From an uncultured bacterium (GTDB taxonomy: Bacteria > Bacteroidota > Bacteroidia > Flavobacteriales > Flavobacteriaceae), in NCBI GenBank assembly GCA_964010525.1, contig CAXGIM010000003.1, forward strand, positions 78,368 to 142,367: a stretch of 64,000 nucleotides of DNA, read 5' to 3'. The notes under the pieces are model-generated. The model made no database searches, was not told the DNA's origin, and was given only the letters and a program-made list of their open reading frames with translations. Of this stretch, positions 40,609 to 53,000 are shown one piece after another. Made by a program: the position numbers and the translations under genes. Numbering within the stretch: position 1 is the first letter of the stretch; each line of letters begins with the position of its first letter.

Positions 40609-41631
40609 ATGAACGATAACCTTGACCCCACGGGAGAAAACTTTACCCCAGAAGAGTTTGATGTAGAAAGAGCGCTGCGGCCCTTGTCTTTTGATGATTT
40701 TACCGGTCAGGCCCAGGTGCTTGAAAACCTCAAGATCTTTGTTGAGGCAGCAAACCAGCGGGGCGAGGCGCTTGACCATACACTCTTTCACGGTCCTCCG
40801 GGACTGGGCAAGACCACCCTGGCCAACATACTTGCAAATGAACTGGGCGTGGGCATCAAGGTGACCTCTGGGCCCGTGCTTGACAAGCCTGGTGACCTTG
40901 CGGGCCTGCTCACGAACCTTGAGGAAAGAGATGTGCTCTTTATTGACGAGATACACAGGTTGAGCCCCGTGGTTGAAGAATACCTCTATTCTGCGATGGA
41001 AGATTACAAGATAGACATCATGATAGAGTCTGGCCCCAATGCCAGAACGGTACAAATAAACCTGAGCCCATTTACCCTGGTGGGCGCCACAACCAGAAGT
41101 GGGCTTTTGACCGCTCCCATGCGTGCCAGGTTTGGCATAGCATCCCGGCTGGAATATTATAACACTGAACTCCTGACCACCATCGTGGAGCGCAGTTCAG
41201 AAATACTCAGGGTCCCCATCATGCTCGATGCGGCCATAGAGATAGCCGGAAGGAGCCGTGGCACCCCGCGTATTGCAAATGCATTGTTGAGGAGGGTAAG
41301 GGATTTTGCTCAGATCAAGGGCAACGGCAAGATAGATATCGAGATTGCCAGGTTTGGCCTCAAGGCACTCAATGTAGATGCTCATGGCCTGGATGAAATG
41401 GACAATAAGATCCTGGCTACCATAATAGATAAATTTAAGGGCGGCCCCGTGGGGATCACCACTTTGGCGACAGCCGTATCAGAAAGTGCAGAAACCATTG
41501 AAGAAGTCTATGAGCCATTCTTGATCCAGCAGGGGTTCATCCTGCGCACGCCGCGCGGGCGAGAGGTCACAGAGGCGGCCTACAAGCACCTTGGCAAGGT
41601 CAAGGGGGGTGTTCAAGGAGGACTGTTCTAA
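40609..41631 (+). CDS. ruvB: Holliday junction branch migration helicase RuvB
   Basis: [29 protein letters not shown] and TPRGR motifs. Confidence 0.99.
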   Translation: MNDNLDPTGENFTPEEFDVERALRPLSFDDFTGQAQVLENLKIFVEAANQRGEALDHTLFHGPPGLGKTTLANILANELGVGIKVTSGPVLDKPGDLAGLLTNLEERDVLFIDEIHRLSPVVEEYLYSAMEDYKIDIMIESGPNARTVQINLSPFTLVGATTRSGLLTAPMRARFGIASRLEYYNTELLTTIVERSSEILRVPIMLDAAIEIAGRSRGTPRIANALLRRVRDFAQIKGNGKIDIEIARFGLKALNVDAHGLDEMDNKILATIIDKFKGGPVGITTLATAVSESAETIEEVYEPFLIQQGFILRTPRGREVTEAAYKHLGKVKGGVQGGLF

Positions 41632-41643
41632 AAAATTCTTATC

Positions 41644-42975
41644 ATGAAAAAGAAACAAGTGGCCAAGGTTCCCTTCTGGAGGTTTTTGATTCATGCCAGC
41701 GATATACTTAAAAACCCATTGCCGTTCCATCACGCAAATTTTGCCCGGCACGGCAATAATTTCAGGTTGCAGATAGGTCCAGGAAAATCTGTTGTGTTTT
41801 CACGTGATGCCGCTTTTGCGAAATATTGCCTGCAAAAAAACCAAAGGAACTATACCAAGTCTCCCATACAGACCAAAGATCTCTTGAAATATGTGGGCCG
41901 TGGCCTGCTCACGGCCGAAGGGGAGCACTGGAGCAAGCAGCGCAAGTTGATCCAGCCTGCATTTCATAAAAAGCATCTTGCAAACCTCATGGACGTTGTA
42001 AAGCGTACCGTGGAGGATGAATTGAGCCGTATAAAACCCGGTAAAAAAGAAGATATTTTCCCCATTTTCAACGACCTGGCCTTTCAGGCGGTGGTGCGGT
42101 CTTTATTTAGCAGCGCGGCTTCACGTGAAGAAATCAACCGGTTACAGCATATCACTGAGGCAAACCAGATGATGCTTGTCAAGGAGCTGCGGCAGCCCTT
42201 CAAGAAATATTATTTTCGCGTAAGCGGAAAAATCAAACATCACCTAGGCCTTTCTCAAGAAAGTAGGGAAATACTCCTTAAACTGGTCAACTCGAGAAAA
42301 AAAAGCGGGAAGCGGGAAGGTGACCTGCTGGATATGCTCCTGGATGCGCGCTATGAAGATGGCAGCTCGATAACTGAGCACCAGCTTCTTGACGAGATAC
42401 TCATACTTTTTGTCGCGGGGCATGAGACCACCTCTAATGCACTTACGTTTATCTGTGAGCTCCTTGCAAGAAATCCCCGTGTGCAAGAAAAGCTGTATGA
42501 GGAGACCGGGCACCTTGATGATATGGATGTGATGAAATATCTACAGGAATTAAAATATACCAAACAGGTTGTTGAAGAAGGCCTGAGGTTGTATCCCCCT
42601 GCTTATTTTATTGACCGGGTCAACCTGGAAGATGATAATTTTGAGGGATTTGATTTTAAGGCAGGCACCAATATCTTGTTCTCGCTGTATGAGGTTCACA
42701 GGCATCCTGACCACTGGGAAAATCCAGAGGCATTCATGCCAGAACGGTTTGAAGACCCTAAAAAGCATACGGCATATTATTTTCCATTTGGTGCGGGCCC
42801 GCGCATGTGCATAGGCAATAATTTTGCAATGTATGAGATGGCTCTTGCCGTGGCGCATATCTCCAGGAACTACATTATTGAAAAAGAAGAAACCCCTATT
42901 GAGATCAAACCCATGATCACCCTGAAGCCCAAAAATGCCTACCTTAAATTTGTTGCCCGAAAAAAAGATACATGA
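41644..42975 (+). CDS. Cytochrome P450
   Basis: AGHETT (I helix), EGLRLYPP (ExxR), FMPERF and heme motif [10 protein letters not shown]. Confidence 0.97.
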   Translation: MKKKQVAKVPFWRFLIHASDILKNPLPFHHANFARHGNNFRLQIGPGKSVVFSRDAAFAKYCLQKNQRNYTKSPIQTKDLLKYVGRGLLTAEGEHWSKQRKLIQPAFHKKHLANLMDVVKRTVEDELSRIKPGKKEDIFPIFNDLAFQAVVRSLFSSAASREEINRLQHITEANQMMLVKELRQPFKKYYFRVSGKIKHHLGLSQESREILLKLVNSRKKSGKREGDLLDMLLDARYEDGSSITEHQLLDEILILFVAGHETTSNALTFICELLARNPRVQEKLYEETGHLDDMDVMKYLQELKYTKQVVEEGLRLYPPAYFIDRVNLEDDNFEGFDFKAGTNILFSLYEVHRHPDHWENPEAFMPERFEDPKKHTAYYFPFGAGPRMCIGNNFAMYEMALAVAHISRNYIIEKEETPIEIKPMITLKPKNAYLKFVARKKDT

Positions 42976-43904
42976 ACAGCAAGGATAAATACACGCAGAT
43001 CATAAAAAATGAGGCTAAACGGCTGGGTTTTATGTCATGCGGTATTGCCAGGGCTCAGTTTCTGGAAGAAGAGGCGCCCCGACTAGAAAACTGGCTCAAT
43101 CAGGACATGCACGGTGAGATGGGGTACATGGCAAATCACTTTGACAAGCGCCTCGACCCCACGGTCCTTGTTCCCGGCGCCAAGAGTGTGGTTTCCCTCC
43201 TTTTGAACTATTATCCAGGAGAAAAGCAAAGACCAGATACTTATAAAATCTCAAAATATGCCTATGGTAGGGATTATCATATGGTCATCAAAGAGAAGCT
43301 CAAGGAGCTCATGCACCATATAAACCTGCAGATAGGAGAGGTACATGGCCGGGTATTCGTGGATTCTGCCCCTGTGATGGACAAGGCCTGGGCCGCAAAA
43401 GCAGGTTTGGGGTGGATAGGCAAGAACAGCAATTTACTTACCAGGCAGGTGGGTTCATTTTATTTTATAGCAGAGCTTATCATAGACCTGGAGCTAGCGT
43501 ATGACACCCCCGTTACAGACCATTGTGGCACTTGCACGGCCTGTATAGATGCCTGCCCCACGCAGGCCATCGTGGAGCCCTATAAAGTGGATGGCAGCAA
43601 GTGCATAAGCTATTTTACCATCGAGCTCAAGGATGCGATACCTGACTATGCCCAGGGAAAGATGGATGAGTGGATGTTTGGTTGTGACGTATGCCAGGAC
43701 GTGTGCCCCTGGAACCGGTTTTCAAGACCACATAGCGAACCTCTCTTTGAGCCGCACCCAGAATTATTGTCAAATTCCCGGCACGAGTGGGAAGAGCTTA
43801 CAAAAGAGGTCTTCAATGAAATCTTTAGAAAATCTGCGGTAAAGAGAACCAAGTATGAAGGCCTGCGGCGCAACATCCAGTTTCTTAAAGACCAGGAGGG
43901 TTAG
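42972..43904 (+). CDS. queG: tRNA epoxyqueuosine(34) reductase QueG
   Basis: [29 protein letters not shown] and [13 protein letters not shown] motifs. Confidence 0.97.
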   Translation: MNSKDKYTQIIKNEAKRLGFMSCGIARAQFLEEEAPRLENWLNQDMHGEMGYMANHFDKRLDPTVLVPGAKSVVSLLLNYYPGEKQRPDTYKISKYAYGRDYHMVIKEKLKELMHHINLQIGEVHGRVFVDSAPVMDKAWAAKAGLGWIGKNSNLLTRQVGSFYFIAELIIDLELAYDTPVTDHCGTCTACIDACPTQAIVEPYKVDGSKCISYFTIELKDAIPDYAQGKMDEWMFGCDVCQDVCPWNRFSRPHSEPLFEPHPELLSNSRHEWEELTKEVFNEIFRKSAVKRTKYEGLRRNIQFLKDQEG

Positions 43905-43909
43905 GTTTA

Positions 43910-43925
43910 TTTGGCTATAGCCAAA
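43910..43925. repeat. Mini-hairpin motif copy (perfect palindrome TTTGGCTATAGCCAAA)
   Basis: Starts 5 nt after the queG stop. Confidence 0.6.
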
Positions 43926-44017
43926 GTTTTCTTGATACAGTTAATAATTCACCCCCGGTTTTCTTATCTCAGCAGAACTTTTACCTTTACTTTGTATTCT
44001 TATCAAAAGCACAACGT

Positions 44018-46315
44018 ATGAGCAAGGAAAGCCGTCGCCGAGAGGCGTTGATATACCACGCAAAACCCACACCCGGGAAAATTTCAGTAAACCCCACCAA
44101 AAAATATTCATCCCAGAGAGACCTGTCACTGGCATACTCCCCAGGAGTGGCCGAGCCATGTCTAGAGATAGAAAAGGATGTTGAGAATGCATACAAATAT
44201 ACCGCAAAGGGCAACCTGGTTGCGGTAATATCAAACGGTACCGCGGTACTGGGCCTGGGCGATATAGGCCCCGAGGCCTCAAAACCGGTCATGGAGGGCA
44301 AGGGCTTGCTTTTTAAGATATTTGCCGGCATTGATGTTTTTGACATTGAAGTGGGCACCAAAGATGTGGAGCAGTTCATCCAGACGGTAAAGAACATCGC
44401 GCCCACATTTGGGGGCATTAACCTTGAAGACATCAAGGCCCCAGAAGCCTTTGAGATTGAGCGTAGGCTTAAAGAAGAGCTCGATATCCCCGTAATGCAT
44501 GATGACCAGCATGGTACGGCGATAATCTCAGCGGCTGCGCTGCTCAATGCGCTGGAACTTGCAAAAAAGAAAATCGAAAAGGTAAAAATCGTGGTAAGTG
44601 GTGCGGGAGCGGCAGCAGTTTCCTGCACACGTCTTTACAAGGCATTTGGCGCAAAGGCCGAAAACATCGTGATGCTCGACAGCCGCGGCGTGATAAGAAA
44701 AGACCGGGAGAACCTCTCAGTTGAAAAAGCTGAATTTGCCACCGCCCGGAAGATTGATACCCTGGAGGAAGCCATGAAGGGGGCTGATGTTTTCATAGGC
44801 CTGTCCATCGCAGATATCGTGAACCCAGAAATGTTGAAGAGCATGGCAAAAAAGGCAATTGTCTTTGCCATGGCAAACCCTAACCCTGAGATTGACTATG
44901 ACCTGGCCCTGGCCACACGGGACGACATCATCATGGCAACCGGTCGCTCTGACCATCCCAACCAGGTAAACAATGTGCTTGGGTTTCCCTTTATATTTCG
45001 TGGAGCGCTTGACGTGCGGGCAACTAAGATTAACGAAGCTATGAAGATGGCTGCGGTCAAAGCGCTTGCCGAGCTTGCAAAAGAAGCGGTGCCAGAACAG
45101 GTCAATATCGCTTATGGCGAAACAAAATTGAATTTTGGCAATGACTATATCATTCCAAAACCCTTTGACCCCAGGCTTATTGCCAAAGTTCCTCCTGCCG
45201 TGGCAAAAGCTGCCATGGAGAGCGGCGTGGCCCGTGAACAAATCACGGACTGGCAAAAATATGAAGATGAGCTTCTGGATAGGATGGGCTCAGACAATAA
45301 GATAGTAAGGCTGATGCTCAACCGGGCAAGGATGAACCCCAAGCGTATCGTTTTTGCAGAGTCTGACCAGCTAGATGTATTAAAGGCCGCTCAGATAGTA
45401 TATGATGAAGGCATCGCGACGCCTGTCTTGCTGGGTAACCGCGAGACCATCCACGAGTTGATGCACGAGATTGATTTTGAGGCAAACCTTGAAATCATTG
45501 ATCCTAAATCAAAAGAAGAAAAACCAAAACTTGATAAATATGCCCACATCTACTGGCAGGCAAGGAAGCGTAAGGGGGTAACCCTTTTTGATGCGCAAAA
45601 GCTGATGCGCCAGCGCAACTATTATGCATGCATGATGGTCGAGACCGGCGATGCCGAAGGTATGGTGACGGGATATAGCAGTAGTTACCCTTCTGCAGTG
45701 AAGCCTGTACTCGAGGTGATAGGGGGCGCACCCAATGTGCAAAAAGTGGCCACGGCCAACTTGATGATCACCTCACGTGGCCCCATATTCCTGGCAGATA
45801 CGTCCATTAATATCGAACCTTCTGCTAAGGAACTGGCCAAGATTGCACAGATGACGGCCAGGACGGTAAGGATGTTTGGCATGGAGCCCATCATTGCGAT
45901 GACGTCCTATTCTAACTTTGGGTCATCTAAAAATGAAAAGGCTTCAAAGGTGCGCGAGGCAGTGGCCTACCTGCATAGGTATTATCCAGACCTGCTTGTG
46001 GATGGCGAGGTGCAGGCAGATTTTGCGCTTAACGCGGAAATGATGAAGGCAAAGTTCCCCTTCTCCAAGTTGGCCGGTAAAAAGGTTAATACACTTGTGT
46101 TCTCCAACCTGGACTCAGCAAACATTACCTATAAAATGCTCAAGGAGCTTGACAAGGCCGATAATATTGGCCCCATCATGATGGGGATGCGCAAGCCGGT
46201 CCACGTGCTTCAGCTGGGTGCCAGTGTGGATGAGATCGTGAACATGACGGCCATTGCCGTGATTGATGCACAACAGAAGGAAAAGAAGGCTCAGGAAATG
46301 GGATTGATTTCCTAG
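44018..46315 (+). CDS. maeB: NADP-dependent malic enzyme with phosphotransacetylase-like domain
   Basis: [27 protein letters not shown] and HDDQHGT motifs; C-terminal PTA-like domain (DGEVQAD). Confidence 0.96.
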   Translation: MSKESRRREALIYHAKPTPGKISVNPTKKYSSQRDLSLAYSPGVAEPCLEIEKDVENAYKYTAKGNLVAVISNGTAVLGLGDIGPEASKPVMEGKGLLFKIFAGIDVFDIEVGTKDVEQFIQTVKNIAPTFGGINLEDIKAPEAFEIERRLKEELDIPVMHDDQHGTAIISAAALLNALELAKKKIEKVKIVVSGAGAAAVSCTRLYKAFGAKAENIVMLDSRGVIRKDRENLSVEKAEFATARKIDTLEEAMKGADVFIGLSIADIVNPEMLKSMAKKAIVFAMANPNPEIDYDLALATRDDIIMATGRSDHPNQVNNVLGFPFIFRGALDVRATKINEAMKMAAVKALAELAKEAVPEQVNIAYGETKLNFGNDYIIPKPFDPRLIAKVPPAVAKAAMESGVAREQITDWQKYEDELLDRMGSDNKIVRLMLNRARMNPKRIVFAESDQLDVLKAAQIVYDEGIATPVLLGNRETIHELMHEIDFEANLEIIDPKSKEEKPKLDKYAHIYWQARKRKGVTLFDAQKLMRQRNYYACMMVETGDAEGMVTGYSSSYPSAVKPVLEVIGGAPNVQKVATANLMITSRGPIFLADTSINIEPSAKELAKIAQMTARTVRMFGMEPIIAMTSYSNFGSSKNEKASKVREAVAYLHRYYPDLLVDGEVQADFALNAEMMKAKFPFSKLAGKKVNTLVFSNLDSANITYKMLKELDKADNIGPIMMGMRKPVHVLQLGASVDEIVNMTAIAVIDAQQKEKKAQEMGLIS

Positions 46316-46344
46316 GATAATCAATGTTTTTCTAGAATGTGATC

Positions 46345-46370
46345 AAGGGGCGCTAAGGTGTCCCTTTTTT
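46345..46370 (+). terminator. Intrinsic terminator after maeB
   Basis: AAGGGGCGC-TAAG-GTGTCCCTT followed by a T run. Confidence 0.7.
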
Positions 46371-46375
46371 AAATC

Positions 46376-46391
46376 TTTGGCGAAAGCCAAA
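46376..46391. repeat. Mini-hairpin motif copy (TTTGGC-GAAA-GCCAAA)
   Basis: Lies 5 nt after the terminator; GNRA-type loop. Confidence 0.65.
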
Positions 46392-46427
46392 AAAAGCAGA
46401 TGAAAGGCCTAAAGCAAATTATTTTCT

Positions 46428-46435
46428 TACATTTG
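46428..46435 (+). promoter_or_regulatory. -7 promoter element for ruvA-sprA
   Basis: TACATTTG, 21 nt upstream of the ruvA ATG. Confidence 0.6.
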
Positions 46436-46456
46436 AAACCCTAACATTCTGTTAAC

Positions 46457-47038
46457 ATGATTACCCACTTAAAGGGCAGGCTTGCTGAGAAAAACCCCAC
46501 TGATATTGTTGTAGATTGTAATGGTGTGGGGTATCTGGTGCATATTTCACTACATACTTTTTCACTGCTGCCAGCTATTGAAAATATTCATATTTACACC
46601 TATTTGCACATCAAGGAAGATGCGCATACGCTTTATGGTTTTATGCAAAAGTCTGAACGGGAAATCTTTAAGCTGTTGATTTCCGTAAGTGGTGTGGGGA
46701 CCAGCACGGCGAGGACCATGCTTTCTTCACTAGATCCAGAACAGGTAAAGAATGCAATTGCCACAAGTGATGTTGCCACCATACAATCAGTAAAGGGTAT
46801 AGGGGCCAAGACTGCTCAACGTGTCATCCTTGACCTTAAGGACAAGATCCTTAAAGTCTATGATATGGATGAAGTTTCACCCAGCGCAAGCAATACGGCA
46901 AAAGATGAAGCGTTATCAGCATTGGAAACCCTGGGTTTTGCCAGGAAGCAAGCAGAAAAAGTGTGTGAGAAAATTATTAGGGAAAATCCTTCAGCAGACG
47001 TTGAAACCATTATAAAACAAGCCTTAAAAACCTTGTAG
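46457..47038 (+). CDS. ruvA: Holliday junction branch migration protein RuvA
   Basis: DCNGVGY, LISVSGVG, VKGIGAKTAQR and ALETLGF motifs. Confidence 0.98.
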   Translation: MITHLKGRLAEKNPTDIVVDCNGVGYLVHISLHTFSLLPAIENIHIYTYLHIKEDAHTLYGFMQKSEREIFKLLISVSGVGTSTARTMLSSLDPEQVKNAIATSDVATIQSVKGIGAKTAQRVILDLKDKILKVYDMDEVSPSASNTAKDEALSALETLGFARKQAEKVCEKIIRENPSADVETIIKQALKTL

Positions 47039-47044
47039 ATAGCT

Positions 47045-50000
47045 TTGAGGACAAAATTATTTTTGGTTAAGATCTTTCGGAAACTTTTAATCCTGGCCAT
47101 TTTTGGCCTTGCCATATCTGTGCATGCACAGGATGAGGAGCAGCAAGATACTACACAGACCACCTATGCCGTGGGCCGTGTGCAGTTGCAAAATCCCGCC
47201 AGTATAATTTCAAAATATACCTACGACCCCATCACTGACCGTTATATCTACTCTGAGGGGCTGGGGAGTATCAATATTGGCTATCCACTTATCCTTACCC
47301 CTGAAGAGTTTAGGAAACGGGTTGAAGAAGAACGTATGCGTTCTTATTTTCAGGATAAGATATCGGCACTTGACGGCCGTACAGAGGAAGGCCAGGAGGG
47401 GAGGTCTGACCTCTTGCCCAACTTTTATGTGAACTCGGGCCTGTTTGAATCCATCTTTGGTGGAAACACGATAGAGCTTACACCCACAGGTTCTGTAGCT
47501 ATGGACCTGGGCGTTCTATACACTAAACAGGACAACCCCAGTTTTTCACCCAGGAACAGGAGTAACTTTAGTTTTGACTTTGATCAAAGAATACAGCTTA
47601 GCCTGCTGGGTAAAATAGGAACGCGCCTCCAGGTGAATGCAAATTATGATACTGAAAGTACCTTTGATTTTCAAAATCAGATAAAGCTGGAGTACACCCC
47701 ATCTGAAGATGATATCATCCAGAAAATCGAGGTAGGTAACGTGAGCATGCCGCTCAATAGCGCGCTGATTCAAGGTTCACAGAGCTTGTTTGGGGTAAAG
47801 ACACAGTTGCAATTTGGCAAGACAACCATTACAGGGGTTTTTTCTGAACAGCAAAGCCAGACACGCCAGGTAACCTCAGAGGGTGGTGCGACGATACAGG
47901 ACTTTGATATTTTTGCGCTTGACTATGATGAGAACAGGCACTTTTTCCTGGCTCATTACTTTAGGGATAATTATGATGAGGCGCTAGCTGCATATCCCTT
48001 TATCAACAGCAACGTACAGATCAACAGGATTGAGGTATGGGTGACAAACCGCACGCAGCGATTTGAAAACACCCGCAATATCATCGCTATACAGGATATA
48101 GGAGAGTCCTCTCCACAAAATATAGGCCTTGACGCACCTCCGGGAGGATTTGTGAACGTGCAGCCCAATTCACCCCCCGCCAACACCAATAACGACTTTA
48201 ACCCCTTTGGCATCAATGGCAATGGGCAAAGTGTGCTTACATCTGCCATACGTGACGCGGCAACTGTTCAACAGGGCTTCGGTGGCGTTTCGGTCGTGGA
48301 TGGAACTGATTATGCGCTACTTGAAAATGCAAGGAAGCTTGAGGCCAATGAATATACCCTGGATCCCATATTGGGATATATCTCGCTGAACCAAAGGCTG
48401 AACAACGATGAAGTGCTGGGTGTTGCATTTCAATACACCATCAACGGGCAGGTCTATCAAGTGGGTGAATTTGCAAACGATGGGGTTGACGCCACATCTG
48501 GAGCATACCCAGATACTGATGGTGATGGAGTCCCGGACCTTGTGGATGTAGATCCTGATGGCGATGGGGTGAACAATAACGGTGTAGATGTTGATGGTGA
48601 CCAGATCGCAGACTCTGCAGACTCCAGTGAAACCCCTGGGGCTGATGTGAACAATGATGGCATCCTGGATAGTTTTATACCCCCGGGACAGGGAGGAACA
48701 CCGCAAGCACTTGTGGTAAAGATGCTCAAGAGCAACATCACCAGCGTTTCAGAACCTAGGTGGGACCTGATGATGAAAAACATTTATGGCCTGGGGACAG
48801 GGCAGTTGCAACAAGAAGGCTTCAGGATGAACATTGTCTATACTGATCCCTCACCACTCAATTATATTACGTCTACCAGTGGCGAGCCGTTGCCTGACGA
48901 TGTGGAGAACACGCCGCTCTTAAATGTTTTCAACCTGGACAGGTTGACCACCTTTGGAGACCCGCAGACCGGGGGGGATGGGTTTTTTGATTTTGTTTCT
49001 GGTTTGACGGTAAATGTGAGCAACGGGAGTATCATATTCACTTCAGTTGAGCCTTTCGGCGAATATCTGTTCAACAAGTTGAGGTCGAGCAATACCGAGG
49101 TGTATGATGATGGCATGGATATGACCGATGCTGAGGAAGCAACCTACAATGCAAACCAGTTAAAATATGTCTATAAAACGCTTTATTCTTCAACTAAAAC
49201 GGTTGCAAAGGATAATGCTGATAAAAACAAGTTTCAGTTAAAGGGTAAATATGAATCCCAGGAAGAAGAGGGTATCCCCATAGGTTCCTTCAATGTCCCG
49301 CAGGGTAGTGTGACCGTTACCGCTGGTGGGCGTGTGCTTCAGGAAGGGCTTGATTATACCGTTGATTATCAACGTGGGCGTGTAATCATACTTGATCCCG
49401 CACTCAAGGCCTCAAACATCCCCATACAGGTTTCCACTGAAAACAATACCCTTTTTGGTCAACAGACAAAAAGGTTTACCGGCCTTAATGTAGAGCATCG
49501 CTTCAGTGATGATTTTATCGTGGGTGGTACCTTGATCAATATGAATGAGCGGCCGCTTACGCAAAAGGCTTCCTATAGTTTTGAACCTATCAACAACACC
49601 ATTTTTGGCCTTAACGCAAGTTATTCCACGGAAGTGCCATTTTTAACACGATTGATAAACAAGTACCCTTTTATTGACACAGATGTGATGTCTAACCTCT
49701 CTGTGCGCGGGGAGGTGGCCTACTTGATACCCGGTCAACCAAAATCAACAAACCTCAACGGCCGCGCGGCCTCATATATTGATGACTTTGAGGGCTCACA
49801 GACCTCAATAGATGTGAGTTCACCACTGCAATGGTTCATGTCGTCGGCACCAGTGGGTTTTGGAGGTGAGTTCAGCAATGGTGACCTGGCAGCGGGCTAC
49901 AGAAGAGCTAAACTGGCCTGGTATACCATCGACCCTGTTTTTTACGGTAATCAACGTCCTGATGGTATTACAGATGAGGACCTCTCAAACTGGGCAACGC

Positions 50001-53000
50001 GTCGTGTTTTTAGGGATGAGATTTTCCCACAGCAGGATATAGTTGCCGGTACCACGCAGGCACTGTTTACGTTTGATATGGCTTATTTTCCTTCTGAAAG
50101 GGGGGCATATAACTATAGTACTGATGCGCAGGATGGCATCCTTGATAACCCTGAGCAGAATTTTGGCGGAATCATGCGCCAGTTTACCTCCACTGATTTT
50201 GAACAGAGCAATGTGGAATTTATTGAATTCTGGTTGATGGACCCCTATATTTATGAAGAAAACGCGGCAAATCCTGGTGGTGTGCTGACCATTAACCTGG
50301 GCAACATTTCAGAAGACGTGCTCAAGGATGGTAGAAAGCAATATGAAAATGGATTGCCCAAAGATGGCGGTACGTCTAATACCACCCAGACCTCATGGGG
50401 TAAGGTGCCCACAAACCAGGCCTTGATCTATGCCTTTGATACAGAGGGCGAGCAACGCACAAACCAGGATCTAGGTTATGATGGTCTGGATGATGTTGAA
50501 GAAGGCACGCAATTTCCTGCTTTTGCAAACCTGGCAGACCCCGCGGGAGATAACTATCAATATTTTGTTTCGGCCACAGGCGGTGTGATAGATAGGTATA
50601 AGATGTACAATGGGCAACAAGGCAACTCGCCTGTAGATGTGACCCAGACAAACAGGGGGTCCACTACCTTGCCAGATGTTGAAGACTTTAACCGGGACTA
50701 TACCATGAATACCGTTGATAGTTATTATGAATATCAACTGGAGATCACCCCGCAGGACCTTACCATCGACAATGAATTTATCGTGGATGAGCGCAATGTC
50801 AATGTAGAACTGCAAAATGGTAGGAGCATACCCGTGCGCTGGCTACAGTTTAAAGTGCCCATCAATCAACCCACAAATACCGTGGGGGGTATTGCAGACT
50901 TTAGGTCCATTCGCTTTATGCGTATGTATATGAGTGGCTTTAGCCAAAACACCACTTTAAGGATGGGGACCCTTGATCTTGTGCGGGGGGATTACAGGAG
51001 ATATGCCTTGACCCTTGACCCTGACCTTTCTGATCCTAATACTGAAAACACCCTTTTTGAAGTAACCGCGGTCAATATCCTGGAAAATGAAAACCGGGAC
51101 CCCATCCCTTATGTACTGCCTCCCGGGGTTTACCGTGAAGAGTTGCTCAACAACAATAACAACATAAGGCAGGATGAGCAATCGCTATCCTTGACCACTT
51201 GTGACCTGGAGCCACAGGATGCACGTGCCGTATATAAAAACTTTAGGCTAGATATGCGCCAGTACAAGAACATCGAGATGTACACGCATGCCGAATCCTT
51301 ATTGAATGAACCCGCATTACAGGACAATGAGCTGGTTGCCTTCATACGCATGGGAACAGACCTTACCGAAAATTTTTATCAAATAGAACTTCCACTGGTG
51401 CCCACACCATTTGGCACCACAAACCCTGAGGCCATCTGGCCAGAATCAAACCGGTTTGATGTGCCGTTAGACCTATTGCAAACGGTCAAGGCTGCTTTTT
51501 TAAATAACGCTGCAGCGACATTGCCACAGACCGTGACCTATTATGACATAAACGGTGAGTTGATAGAAGACCCTGCCAACACTGATTACAATACGGGAGA
51601 AATACGGGTAGGAATAAAGGGTAATCCCAGTTTTGGTGACGTGCGTGTATTGATGCTGGGTGTAAAGAACGGCAATCCAGATAATGGCAGTGATGTATGT
51701 GGCGAGGTATGGTTCAACGAGCTGCGCATAACTGAACTTCAAAATGAAGGTGGATGGGCAGGTATACTCAATGTAGATGCAAACGTGGCTGACTTTGCCA
51801 CGGTTTCAGCAACAGGTAGGCAGACCACGGTAGGCTTTGGGGGTATAGATGAAGGTCCTAACCAGAGGAGTAGGGAAGATATAAAATCATACGATGTCGT
51901 AACCAATGTCAATGCGGGTCAGCTCTTGCCAAAAAAATGGGGCATCAAGCTTCCCTTCAACTATTCAGTGGGAGAGCAGGTAATCACCCCACAATTTGAC
52001 CCGTTGTATTCTGATATTGAACTTGATACAAGGCTGGAAACTGCAGAGACCGAGGAGCAGCGCGATGCCATTGAAGGGCAGGCCATTTCGCATACGCGTA
52101 GAAGGAGTGTGAACCTTATAGGCGTGAGAAAAGAAAGGACCGGTGAAGCAAAACCAAAACCCTGGGATGTGGAGAACCTCACTTTTTCCTACAGTTATAA
52201 CCAGGAGGACCACAAGGATTTTGAAATCGAGCAATCCCGGGCGCAGAGTGTAAGGCTGGGCGGGACATATAATTTTGCTTTTCAGCCAAAGGCTTATGAA
52301 CCCTTTGCCAAGAACGACTCACTTTTCATGAGCCCGTACCTTAAGTTGCTCAAGGACTTCAATATAAATTACCTTCCGGCATCCATTAGTGTCAGTTCAA
52401 ATTATAACAGGCAATATAATCAGCAAAAACTAAGGGATGTATCCTTGACGGGAAATTCCATCCTGCCCGAATATAAACAGCGCAATTACCTTTTTGACCG
52501 TCAGTTTACCATAAATTACCCCATTACCAATTCACTTACCGTAAACTTTGACCAGGCACAAAACAGGATCGTGCGCAATTATTTAAATGCTGATAATTCC
52601 CTGGATGCTGAAGCTGGTGGTGTCTATGATGGCTTCTTTGAGATAGGAACACCGTCGCGCCACTATCAAACCTTGCAGGCAAACTATGAGTTGCCCTTTG
52701 ATAAATTACCTTACCTGGATTTCCTGAGCGCCACCTATTCATACACGGCAGATTTTGAGTGGAACCGTGGGTCCTATCAATTTCAGACGCTTGAGGGCAT
52801 CCCAGACCTAGGAAACTCCGTTGAGAATGCAAACACGCACGCCATCAACGGTACCATAGATATGACCAAGCTTTACCGCTCGGTAGGCCTTGTGAAAAAG
52901 AAGGCCGCAGGTGCCGCTGGAAAGACCAGGCAAGAACGTAGCCGTTCAGTACCCACACTGGGCAATCCACGGGTAACGCCACAAAATGGCGCTCAAGGCG

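Noticed and set aside
40609-47038. Separation of ruvB and ruvA as evidence of an insertion
   Set aside because: The intervening genes are housekeeping-like, show no mobility signatures, and this order is, to my knowledge, usual in Flavobacteriaceae.
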